Shown in pieces: positions 1-8,711 of a DNA stretch of 64,000 nt. Source of the stretch: a bacterium (GTDB lineage: Bacteria; SM23-31); the NCBI GenBank assembly GCA_965249485.1, contig OZ252239.1:3709598-3773597 (forward strand), in the 5' to 3' direction. Position numbers and translations under genes: made by a program. The stretch's first letter is position 1. Every line of letters starts with the position of its first letter. Below the pieces are notes generated by a model, which saw only the letters and a program-made list of their open reading frames with translations, did not search any database and had not been told where the DNA came from.

Positions 1-4
1 GTAA

Positions 5-20
5 TGGCATAACATTTGCC
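5..20 (+). promoter_or_regulatory. sigma54 (-24/-12) promoter candidate upstream of the amidinotransferase
   Basis: TGGCAT-AACAT-TTGCC. GG (6-7) and GC (18-19) have the exact 12-nt register of TGGCAC-N5-TTGC. It lies about 230 nt upstream of the ATG at 250. Confidence 0.6.
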
Positions 21-249
21 AGGATACTGGTTACACGAAAAATATCATTGAACTTGCGAACCTCAGTTCCGCACTGCCTTTAGACTAAATTCTATCTAAA
101 AAAATTGTTGAATAAATAAGAATTTTAATAATTTTTGTTATTTACTTGTCATGAGATGTACAATTGAAGGAAGAAATCTTTTATAATGAGTAAACTTTTT
201 ACGGACACTTCCAATGATTAACTAATAAAACTAAGAGGAGGACATTGCA

Positions 250-1434
250 ATGGCAAAGATAGTGAATTGCTGGAACGAATGGGATCCGCTGAAACGCGTG
301 ATTGTCGGTAGACCCGAAGGAACAAACGTTCCCGCACCGGAACCAGCCTGGTGGTATGATCTACCTCGCGGTGGTTTTCCATTAGGTTCACATGGACCGT
401 TCCCTCAGGAAATGGTTGATGCTGCTAACGAGCAAATGAACTATTTCGTACAACAGATCGAGAAGCGCGGCGCAATTGTCGAGCGGATCGATATTCATCC
501 GTTTATGCTCAATAAACCATTTTCATCGCCAACAGGCTGGACTCAGTTGAATGCCCACGGCGTCAACAACGTTCGCGACGTCACCATGATTCATGGTAAC
601 TACATTGTCGAGGCCACAACTGTCCGTCGCTCCCGTGTGTTTGAGCGTTTTAACCTGCGCTCGATCTTTGAGCGTTATTTTAAAGAAGATCCGGAAGTCG
701 TACACTTTGCTGCTCCGCCGCCAATGTTGAATGATGATTCCTATGTCAAGAACTATTATTACGACTATGAGAATACCTGGACAGATGAAGACAAGAAAAA
801 ACGTCTTCACAACTGGGAATTCCAGTTGACAGAAAAAGAACCGCTGTGGGATGCTGCCGACGCAATGCGTTTTGGTAAAGATATCTTCCACCAGGGTTCT
901 TGCGTAACAAACAGAGGTGGTTTTGATTGGCTGAAACGTATGTTTGGGTCACTGGGTCTCCGTTATCACCATATTCTGTTCGACACTCCGGATGACAAAA
1001 ATAAGCCTGATAACTTTCATCCATGGCATATCGATGTTAACTTTGTTCCTCTCCGTCCAGGCCTGTGTATGGTCAACCCGGATTGGAAACCACGTACTCC
1101 GGAAGTATTTGAACTGTTCAAGAAAAATGATTGGGAATTAGTTGAAGCAGCCAGACCTACCCACGTACATAAGAACGATGTCTATCTGACAGGTCTGTAC
1201 GAAGGTAAATCCTGGATCTCTATGAACACCTTCTCAATCGATCCGAAGACAGTATGTGTCGAAGCACACGAAACTGCATACTGCGAGCAGCTTGATAAGC
1301 TCGGTTTTGAAGTAGTCGCGATTCCTTATGAAAAAGTGATTCCGTTTGGCGGCGCACTGCATTGTACTACGCTGGACGTCTATCGCGAAGGTGGCTGCGA
1401 AGACTACTTTCCGAATCAGGTCGATGGTTATTAA
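250..1434 (+). CDS. Amidinotransferase (glycine/inosamine-phosphate amidinotransferase family, pentein fold)
   Basis: N-terminal NCWNEWDPLKRVIVG. Catalytic-triad motifs WDAAD, WHID and GGALHCTT. RBS GAGGAGG. Confidence 0.9.
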   Translation: MAKIVNCWNEWDPLKRVIVGRPEGTNVPAPEPAWWYDLPRGGFPLGSHGPFPQEMVDAANEQMNYFVQQIEKRGAIVERIDIHPFMLNKPFSSPTGWTQLNAHGVNNVRDVTMIHGNYIVEATTVRRSRVFERFNLRSIFERYFKEDPEVVHFAAPPPMLNDDSYVKNYYYDYENTWTDEDKKKRLHNWEFQLTEKEPLWDAADAMRFGKDIFHQGSCVTNRGGFDWLKRMFGSLGLRYHHILFDTPDDKNKPDNFHPWHIDVNFVPLRPGLCMVNPDWKPRTPEVFELFKKNDWELVEAARPTHVHKNDVYLTGLYEGKSWISMNTFSIDPKTVCVEAHETAYCEQLDKLGFEVVAIPYEKVIPFGGALHCTTLDVYREGGCEDYFPNQVDGY

Positions 1435-1453
1435 TAGATTTCTATTGTAACCC

Positions 1454-1582
1454 TCCCGGTTCGATGAGGACTTAAAATCTGACCGGTTAAACGGGCCGCT
1501 CCTTTGTGAGCCGACCCGTTTGCCGGGACCAGATACAATGAATGGTATTGGATATTAGAAATGAAATTGCAATACCATTTTT
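1454..1582 (+). promoter_or_regulatory. Structured spacer/leader between the amidinotransferase and pyrR
   Basis: Helix TCCCGG(1454-59)/CCGGGA(1523-28) encloses hairpin AAACGGG(1489-95)..GCTC/GAGC..CCCGTTT(1515-21). A second stem AATGGTATTG(1541-50)/CAATACCATT(1570-79) runs into a T tract. Confidence 0.4.
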
Positions 1583-1640
1583 ACTTTGAACATCTTTGGC
1601 AACGAACTGTTGAAGTGTTTTTTTGTTATATAGGTCTATT

Positions 1641-2162
1641 ATGGAAAAACAATTATTAGATAAAAATGGCATTGCTACTGTTGTAGCACGTATATCCGAT
1701 GAAATTTTAGAAAAGAATCTCGATCCTTCTTCTCTTTGTATCGTTGGTATTAAAAAAAGAGGCGATATTTTAGCGAACAGAATCGCTGAAAGAATTGAGT
1801 CGACAAACGGTATAAAGATTCAGACCGAAGCAATTGACATCACTTTTTACCGTGATGATATTAAGCTGAAGGCGTATAAGTATGTTGTGATGGATGAAAT
1901 CCATTTCGATGTTACTGATAAGAATGTGGTACTTGTTGATGATGTTATCTATACCGGAAGATCGATTCGGGCTGCTATCGATGTACTTATCGATACCGGA
2001 AGACCAAAGTCTCTTCAACTTGCTGTGCTGGTTGACAGAGGCGGCAGAGAGCTCCCTATTCAGCCCAATTATTGCGGCGAAAAAGCTGAAGTTTCAGCAG
2101 AGGGAAAAGTAAACGTCCGTTTTAATGAACTTGACGGTGATGATAAAGTTTTAATTTCTTGA
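1641..2162 (+). CDS. pyrR: PyrR bifunctional pyrimidine regulator / uracil phosphoribosyltransferase
   Basis: Motifs DITFYRDD, PRPP-binding VVLVDDVIYTGRSIRAA, LAVLVDRGGRELPIQP. ATG 1641 chosen over the ORF-track start at 1623. Confidence 0.92.
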   Translation: MEKQLLDKNGIATVVARISDEILEKNLDPSSLCIVGIKKRGDILANRIAERIESTNGIKIQTEAIDITFYRDDIKLKAYKYVVMDEIHFDVTDKNVVLVDDVIYTGRSIRAAIDVLIDTGRPKSLQLAVLVDRGGRELPIQPNYCGEKAEVSAEGKVNVRFNELDGDDKVLIS

Positions 2163-2170
2163 GAGAAAAA

Positions 2171-3112
2171 ATGGCGAAAAAAGTTATCGTAATTGCATTA
2201 GGTGGTAACGCCATCTTGCAGGCCGGTCAACGCGGCACCTACGAAGAACAATATGGAAATGTAAAGTTAGCCGCTACTGAGATTGTGAAAATCTATAACG
2301 AGGGCTATCGTATAGCTCTGACCCATGGAAATGGTCCGCAGGTTGGTAATCTTTATATTCAAAATAGTTTAGCGGGTGAAGCTGTACCCCCTATGCCGCT
2401 TGACGTTCTGTCAGCTGAGTCGCAGGGACTGATCGGCTATTTTATGCAGCAGGCTATGCAGAACATTTTGGCCGAAAAAAATGATACTACACCGGTAATG
2501 ACGATAGTTACTCAGGTTGAAGTTGCTTCCGATGATCCTGCATTCGACAATTGGACAAAACCGGTGGGACCGTTTCATACAAAGAGAGAAGCTGAACTGC
2601 TCATGGATAAAGCTTCGATCCAGATGAAAGAAGACAGCAAGAAACGGTGGAGAAAAGTCGTTCCTTCCCCGTTTCCAATCAGCATTGTTGAGAAAGAAGC
2701 GATCAAGGCTAATATTAAAGATGAAATAATAGTCATTGTTTCGGGTGGCGGCGGTATTCCTGTAAAACGTGAAGGAAACCAACTCGTCGGTATTGAAGCA
2801 GTTATCGATAAAGATTCGTCTGCATGTCGTCTTGGTCTCGATATTAATGCCGATATTTTGATGGTTCTGACCGATGTCGAACAGGTTGCGCTGAATTTCA
2901 ATACCCCGGACGAAAAGTGGATCGACACAATGACTGTAGAAAAAGCTAAACAATATGTGACAGAAGGACATTTTAAAGAAGGCAGTATGAAACCTAAAGT
3001 CGAAGCTGCCATCAGATTTGTAGAGAATGGTGGAGAAAGAAGTATTATTAGTTCGTTGTACTCTGCACATGCCGCAGTCCAGGGCAATGCAGGAACTACA
3101 ATAACACGGTAA
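2171..3112 (+). CDS. arcC: Carbamate kinase
   Basis: IALGGNA, THGNGPQVG, GGGGIPV, EAVIDKD, GSMKPKVEAA. ATG at 2171. Confidence 0.95.
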   Translation: MAKKVIVIALGGNAILQAGQRGTYEEQYGNVKLAATEIVKIYNEGYRIALTHGNGPQVGNLYIQNSLAGEAVPPMPLDVLSAESQGLIGYFMQQAMQNILAEKNDTTPVMTIVTQVEVASDDPAFDNWTKPVGPFHTKREAELLMDKASIQMKEDSKKRWRKVVPSPFPISIVEKEAIKANIKDEIIVIVSGGGGIPVKREGNQLVGIEAVIDKDSSACRLGLDINADILMVLTDVEQVALNFNTPDEKWIDTMTVEKAKQYVTEGHFKEGSMKPKVEAAIRFVENGGERSIISSLYSAHAAVQGNAGTTITR

Positions 3113-3266
3113 CCTTCGATTACGAACGCTCTGAGTGTCTCTTCCTGATTCTCCTGTTCATCTTGAGCCATTCGCATCTAAAAAATAGAACGACTTATAA
3201 CACTAACTCTAAAGTTTAATATGAGTGATATGTATAGAGAAATTCAAAAACTGTATTTGATTAGGC

Positions 3267-3291
3267 TTCATATTCATCATGTGAATATGAA
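3267..3291. promoter_or_regulatory. Perfect inverted repeat (operator candidate) upstream of arcE
   Basis: TTCATATTCA-N5-TGAATATGAA, about 110 nt before the ATG at 3403. Confidence 0.35.
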
Positions 3292-3402
3292 AGCATGGTG
3301 TTTTTTTCGTATACTTAGAAACCCTGTGCTATAGTTGCGTCTTTTAGAAATACCTAAAATGAAGATTATAAGCACAAAAGTAAATAACAAGGAGATGTGA
3401 CC

Positions 3403-4710
3403 ATGAAGAAAGTCCTTATTATGGGCGCCGCTGGGCGTGATTTCCATAACTTCAACACGAATTTCCGCGACAACTCGGATTACAAAGTAGTTGCCTTTAC
3501 CGCAACTCAGATTCCTGACATTGACGGGAGAGTGTATCCTGCTGAATTGACTGGCAGTCTGTATCCGGACGGTATTCCAATCCATGATGAATCGGAACTC
3601 GATTCTTTGATTCGTGAGCATAATGTTGATGAAGTTGTGTTTTCATACAGCGATGTTTCATACAACTATGTCATGAACAAATCATCCATTGTCAACAATG
3701 CCGGAGCTGCTTTCAAGACAATGGGATTATCTCAGACATGGCTAGAATCTTCCAAACCGGTTGTTGCCGTATGTGCGGTCCGTACTGGTTGTGGTAAGAG
3801 CCAGACAACACGCCGTGTTGCCGATATTCTTATCGCCCGCGGTAAAAAGGTTGTGGCTGTCCGCCATCCGATGCCTTATGGCGATCTGATCAAACAGCGT
3901 GTTCAGAGATATGAAACAACTGATGATCTCATCAAACATAATTGTACCGTGGAAGAGCGCGAAGAGTACGAACCGCATCTCGCCCGTGGCATTGTTGTTT
4001 ATGCCGGTATTGATTATGAAGCAATTCTACGCGAAGCCGAAAAAGAAGCTGACGTAATTCTCTGGGACGGCGGAAACAACGATTTCGCATTTTTCAAACC
4101 GGACGTCTATATCACCATTCTTGATCCTCACAGACCGGGACACGAAACCAGCTATTATCCGGGCGAAGTTAATCTCCGTGCAGCAAATGTACTGATTGTT
4201 AACAAAATTGACTCTGCCGAGCAGAAAAACATCGATGCGGTTGTCGCAGTTGCTAAAGAAATCAATCCTGATGCAACGCTGATTCTTGCCGAATCGACGC
4301 TGACGGTTGATAATCCTGAATTGATTAAGGGTAAAGAAGTACTCGTCGTCGAAGATGGCCCGACATTGACACACGGTGAAATGAAATATGGTGCCGGTGT
4401 CGTTGCAGCACAGCGTCTTGGCGCAGCAAAGATCATTGACCCGCGTCCGTATACCGTCAGAACAATTACCGATACGTTCACGAAATATCCTAATATCGGT
4501 GAGTTGCTTCCGGCAATGGGATACAGCGCAGACCAGGTGAAAGATATGGAAGAATCGATTAATAACACACCATGCGATGCAGTTGTTATCGGTACACCAA
4601 TCGACCTGAGAAAAATCTGTAATATTAAACAACCATCCACACGGGTCAAGTATGAGCTGAAAGAAGTCGGCGATACGACTCTCGAGGATGTATTGAACAA
4701 AATATCGTAA
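3403..4710 (+). CDS. arcE: Arginine synthetase-like P-loop NTPase (ArcE; often annotated as cyclic 2,3-diphosphoglycerate synthetase-like or GTPase)
   Basis: GAAGRDFHNFN N-terminus, P-loop AVRTGCGKSQT, RHPMPYG, WDGGNND, EDGPTLTHG, PAMGY. Recalled as closely resembling Thermococcales ArcE. Carbamate kinase and OTC are neighbours. RBS AAGGAG, ATG 3403. Confidence 0.82.
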   Translation: MKKVLIMGAAGRDFHNFNTNFRDNSDYKVVAFTATQIPDIDGRVYPAELTGSLYPDGIPIHDESELDSLIREHNVDEVVFSYSDVSYNYVMNKSSIVNNAGAAFKTMGLSQTWLESSKPVVAVCAVRTGCGKSQTTRRVADILIARGKKVVAVRHPMPYGDLIKQRVQRYETTDDLIKHNCTVEEREEYEPHLARGIVVYAGIDYEAILREAEKEADVILWDGGNNDFAFFKPDVYITILDPHRPGHETSYYPGEVNLRAANVLIVNKIDSAEQKNIDAVVAVAKEINPDATLILAESTLTVDNPELIKGKEVLVVEDGPTLTHGEMKYGAGVVAAQRLGAAKIIDPRPYTVRTITDTFTKYPNIGELLPAMGYSADQVKDMEESINNTPCDAVVIGTPIDLRKICNIKQPSTRVKYELKEVGDTTLEDVLNKIS

Positions 4711-4725
4711 ATTACGAGCCCTGGT

Positions 4726-5493
4726 ATGAAGCAAGACAAGTTGGAAGGCATTATTTTCGACGTTGATGGCGTACTTGAATTTCAGGGAACTGTTTATCCC
4801 GGTGCTATTGGACTTCTCGACGCTCTTCGTAAGAAGGGAATATATATCAGGGTTGTAACGAACAGTACATTAAAGAGCAGGAAACAGTGTACTGAGAAAC
4901 TACAAAGGAGGGGGTTTGATTTTCACGAGAGTGAAGTAATAACCGCCTCCTTTGCTACTGCTCAATTTCTCAAATCTTTACATCCGCAATCATGTTGGGT
5001 GCTGCTGAAAGGTGAAGGTCTTAAAGAATTTAAGGACTTCACCCACGACTCCGACAATCCCGAATATCTTATTCTGGGTGATCTCCGCGAAGACTTCAAT
5101 TTCCACACGATTAATAAAGCTCTGCAATGTCTGTTGAACGGATCAAAATTCATCGTGATGATTTCCGATACGGTAGATAACAGTATGGGCAGTCTGGAGC
5201 TCACAGTGGGAGCATACGGAAAAATGCTGGAAGAAGCTGCACAGATACAGGCAACCTATATCGGTAAACCGAGTAGCTACATTTTTGATATGGCATTGAA
5301 TACGTTAAATATTGACCGTACAAGTGTTGTGATGGTTGGAGATAAGATCTCTACCGACATTCTCGGAGCACAGAATGCGGGAATTAAATCAGCATTGATT
5401 AAAACAGGTGAATTCAAGGACTCTGATCTGGATTGTGATATCAAGCCGGATTATATTTTCGATTCGGTAAAGGAACTCATCCAGTTATTCTAA
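4726..5493 (+). CDS. HAD subfamily IIA hydrolase (LHPP/HDHD2/NagD-like)
   Basis: Motif I FDVDGV, motif II VTN, GKP, MVGDKISTDILGA, C-terminal KTGEFK. Confidence 0.85.
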   Translation: MKQDKLEGIIFDVDGVLEFQGTVYPGAIGLLDALRKKGIYIRVVTNSTLKSRKQCTEKLQRRGFDFHESEVITASFATAQFLKSLHPQSCWVLLKGEGLKEFKDFTHDSDNPEYLILGDLREDFNFHTINKALQCLLNGSKFIVMISDTVDNSMGSLELTVGAYGKMLEEAAQIQATYIGKPSSYIFDMALNTLNIDRTSVVMVGDKISTDILGAQNAGIKSALIKTGEFKDSDLDCDIKPDYIFDSVKELIQLF

Positions 5494-5579
5494 GTACGAT
5501 ACTTTACCTTAATTTCGTTTTGCAATTATTGCTGTTATCAATACGTTATGAGTAAATCATTCATGAAAGTGAGAGAACA

Positions 5580-6581
5580 ATGGCATATAATTTAAGAAAT
5601 AGAAATTTCCTGAAGCTCTTAGATTTTACTCCAAAGGAAATTAAATTTTTGCTTGATCTTTCTTACGATTTGAAAAAAGCCAAATATGCCGGTACTGAGC
5701 AGCCGAAGTTGACTGGTAAAAATATTGGCCTGATATTCGAAAAGGCTTCGACCAGAACACGGTGCGCGTTTGAAGTGGCAGCATTCGATCAAGGTGCGCT
5801 GATAACCTATCTCGGACCATCCGGTTCGCAGATTGGCAAAAAAGAATCTATGAAGGATACTGCCAGAGTACTTGGCAGAATGTACGACGGTATTGAATAC
5901 CGTGGTTTTGGGCAGAAAATTGTCGAAGAGCTTGGTGCTTATGCCGGTGTTCCTGTCTGGAACGGCTTGACCACTGAATATCATCCGACACAGGTCCTGG
6001 CAGATTTTCTGACCATGATGGAATATTCCGACAAACCATTGCATGAAGTTAAATTTGCTTATATCGGCGATGCTCGTAATAATATGGGAAACTCTCTCCT
6101 CGTTGGTGCAGCCAAGATGGGTATGGATTTCCGTTCTGTTGCACCGAAGAGTGTTCAACCCGAAGGTAAGCTGGTCAATGAGGCACGAGCAATCGCGAAA
6201 GATACCGGCGCTCAACTGTTAGTGACTGACGATATCAAAGTAGGTCTTAAAAACTGTGACTTCCTCTATACCGATGTCTGGGTATCGATGGGTGAAGCTG
6301 AAGAAGTCTGGAAACAGAGAATCGAACTCCTCAAACCGTATCAGGTCAACAAAGCAGCAATGGAAATGACCGGTAATCCTCATGTGAAATTCATGCACTG
6401 CCTGCCTGCATTTCACAACCGTGAAACAAGCATTGGTGAAGATGTTTTCCAGAAATTCGGTATTGAGTCTATGGAAGTATCTGAAGAGGTTTTTGAATCG
6501 GAAGCATCTATCGTTTTCGATGAAGCCGAAAACAGAATCCATACAATCAAAGCAGTCATGGTTGCAACACTGGGTGACTGA
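5580..6581 (+). CDS. arcB: Ornithine carbamoyltransferase (ArcB/ArgF; N-terminus resembles catabolic ArcB)
   Basis: [26 protein letters not shown]. Confidence 0.92.
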   Translation: MAYNLRNRNFLKLLDFTPKEIKFLLDLSYDLKKAKYAGTEQPKLTGKNIGLIFEKASTRTRCAFEVAAFDQGALITYLGPSGSQIGKKESMKDTARVLGRMYDGIEYRGFGQKIVEELGAYAGVPVWNGLTTEYHPTQVLADFLTMMEYSDKPLHEVKFAYIGDARNNMGNSLLVGAAKMGMDFRSVAPKSVQPEGKLVNEARAIAKDTGAQLLVTDDIKVGLKNCDFLYTDVWVSMGEAEEVWKQRIELLKPYQVNKAAMEMTGNPHVKFMHCLPAFHNRETSIGEDVFQKFGIESMEVSEEVFESEASIVFDEAENRIHTIKAVMVATLGD

Positions 6582-6611
6582 TTGATTGGGCTTACCTGGA
6601 AATCGGTAATT

Positions 6612-6647
6612 AAAAAGGGCTGTCCTTAAATTCGGACAGCCCTTTTT
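6612..6647 (+). terminator. Intrinsic (bidirectional-type) terminator
   Basis: AAAAAGGGCTGTCC-N8-GGACAGCCCTTTTT, a perfect 14-bp stem 30 nt after the OTC stop. Confidence 0.9.
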
Positions 6648-6965
6648 AAATTTATTCATCATATATGTAGGCATATTTATAGTAATAATAAATAATTCAT
6701 TATTACAGTGACAAGAAAAAAACAAATCTTGCCTTTCAACCCCACATTATATATGCTCTTCGTCATGAACGATGTAATATCTTATACCGGTATATATACG
6801 TTTTGATATTTTTCTCTTGTTAAGATTTTACTAAAAATAATAACAACCTTCTTAAATATAGCACAAATTGCACAAGACCAGTTTTTTTGAAATACTTTGG
6901 AATACTGTAGTTTCTCTATGAAATTTATACATAGTGATTCATTACACGATTAAAAAACTGAACAT

Positions 6966-6981
6966 TGGCACTGTTTTTGCT
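6966..6981 (+). promoter_or_regulatory. sigma54 (-24/-12) promoter upstream of the Na+/solute symporter
   Basis: TGGCAC-TGTTT-TTGCT, an exact match to TGGCAC-N5-TTGCW, about 90 nt upstream of the ATG at 7074. Confidence 0.8.
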
Positions 6982-7073
6982 ATAATGCTCGTTAGAAAAA
7001 TCACACCATACCTTCATTCCAAATAGTTGTAGAGTAACTATCTTTTAAGCACCAAACAAAGGAGGGATGCATA

Positions 7074-8589
7074 ATGTCTGCTATGGGTATTGGTCTTATC
7101 ATTTTTATTGCATTTTTTACCATACTTGGATTAGCCACGGTATATCTGGTAAAGGGGAGTGGGAAGCGGTATGTCATAGCCGGTAAGAGTCTGCCGTTTT
7201 TTCTTATCGGTTCGATGCATACCGCACAATCTATCGATGCCAACGCAACGATCGGCAACTCATCACTCACCTATGTCGGAGGATTCTGGGCCGGATTTAT
7301 TCTACCGGGTGATTTGGCCGCCTGTCTCATCATCACCGGTCTGTTCTTCGCAAAACCACTCAACCGCATGAATATGCTGACCCTGCCTGACTTCTACTCA
7401 CGACGCTACAATGGATTTACCGAAGTCTTGGTTTCACTCATGATGGCATTTATCTTTACGATACTGGTTGCCGGAAACTTTGCCGGCGGTGCGTGGATCA
7501 TTAACATAGTTTTTGGAATCGATTACATCACTGCCCTTATTTTGGTGGCAGTCCTTAGTTTCAGCGTACACCTGTGCAGGTGGGCTCTTTGCCTGTGCGG
7601 CAATCGACATTGTGCAAATCTATCCATCCATTATCGGATTTGTGGGAGCGTTTTTGTATCTGATTTTCGCAAACGGATGGGATTTCTTTGCCAGTTCCAT
7701 TCCTGCAAATTTTATGGATTTAAGTGGTTTAACCGACCCGGCAAACGGTGCCTATATCAACTGGGCAGGTTTCTTAGCGCTTGCAATCGGTGATATTGTC
7801 GCGCTTGACTTTATGGAGAGAGTGTTTGCCACTAAAACCCCGAAAGTGGCGCAACAGGGCTGTTTTTACGGCGCAGGACTTACCATCATTACCGGTATCT
7901 GTTGTTCGTTTATAGGTCTGATGGGTCTGAAGCTCTATCCCGGTATTGAGGATGCCAGAATGGTTCTCCCAAATGTCGCTATGGAACAAGTACCCTTTAT
8001 TTTTGGACTGTTTATTATGGGCGGTATTATCGCTGCGGGCGCATCCACCGCCGACGGCGGCATCTTAGGCGTTTCAACTGTATTTGGACGGAACATTTTT
8101 CAAAAACACATTCTGAGAAGAATGGAAGCAAAGAAAATAGCAGGGATGGAAGCAGCAGGACAGACACAAGCTCGAGAAACAAAAACATCAGATAAACATC
8201 TCCTTGTCATCAGCCGGCTCATGGCAATTCCGGTTGTAGCGCTCGCAATTTACATAGCATATGTGAAACCCGAACCGGGGATTCTGCTTATTCTTGCGTT
8301 TGATGTTGTATTTGTGGGATGTATTGTTCCACTGGTTGGCGGTCTTTACTGGCCGAAATCGAACTCAGCCGGCGCGATAGCTGCGGTTATTGTCGGTTCT
8401 GTATTGAGACTCGTCCTCTTCTATACCATGCCCGAAGAATTGGCCGGTCTCGACACTATGATTCCGCCGGTTGTTTCGCTCGTAGTGTTCGTTGTAGTCT
8501 GCTTATTGACGCAGAAACAATCTGTACCAAAACACGATGCAATTACAAAAGTACCGACAGATGAAGAAGTATTGGTCGACTTGTATTAA
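7074..8589 (+). pseudogene. Sodium:solute symporter (SSS/SLC5) split by a +1 frameshift near 7553 (pseudogene or sequence error)
   Basis: ORF 7074-7793 holds the SSS N-terminus (AQSIDANATIG, TLPDFYSRRY). ORF 7513-8589 continues in the next frame (YTCAGGLFACAAIDIVQ). Removing one base in GTCCTTAGTT joins them as ...VAVLVSAYT... Confidence 0.85.
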
Positions 8590-8711
8590 ACTATGATTTT
8601 CAATTAAGTAAATTACGCAGGTGTACTTGAAGCATATCACAATTCAATTACACTTGCTTTTTGAAATCTAAAAAATGCATTGAATTCTTAATTATTACAG
8701 GAGGATTTACA

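Noticed and set aside
250-1434. Arginine deiminase (arcA) call for the first gene, or a toxin/antibiotic cluster (CyrA, SxtG, StrB1-type)
   Set aside because: The motifs (NCWNEWDPL, DAAD, HID, GGALHC) fit amidinotransferases rather than the deiminase HLDT pattern. No NRPS/PKS or tailoring genes occur in the window; upstream context is unseen.
1454-1528. Canonical PyrR binding loop, guanidine riboswitch or hammerhead ribozyme
   Set aside because: No ARUCCNGNGAGGYU, no ykkC or ACGR tandem-hairpin signature, and no complete CUGAUGA/GAAA core. Kept only as an unclassified structure.
2411-3177. Long antisense ORFs over arcC (219 and 200 aa), and similar shadow ORFs across the window
   Set aside because: They lie opposite or within well-supported genes, with no motifs or RBS; typical codon-bias shadows.
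3261-3297. Tandem ArgR (ARG) boxes
   Set aside because: The left box matches poorly and the spacing would be 1 bp rather than 2-3 bp.
3403-4710. Cyclic 2,3-diphosphoglycerate synthetase (cpgS)
   Set aside because: No 2-phosphoglycerate kinase nearby; the OTC/carbamate kinase context and motifs favour ArcE.
6783-6794. Palindrome TATACCGGTATA (and TACCGGTA at 17402) as an activator site
   Set aside because: The same core occurs in coding sequence (7890-97) and ACCGGT is frequent in this DNA, so there is not enough support.
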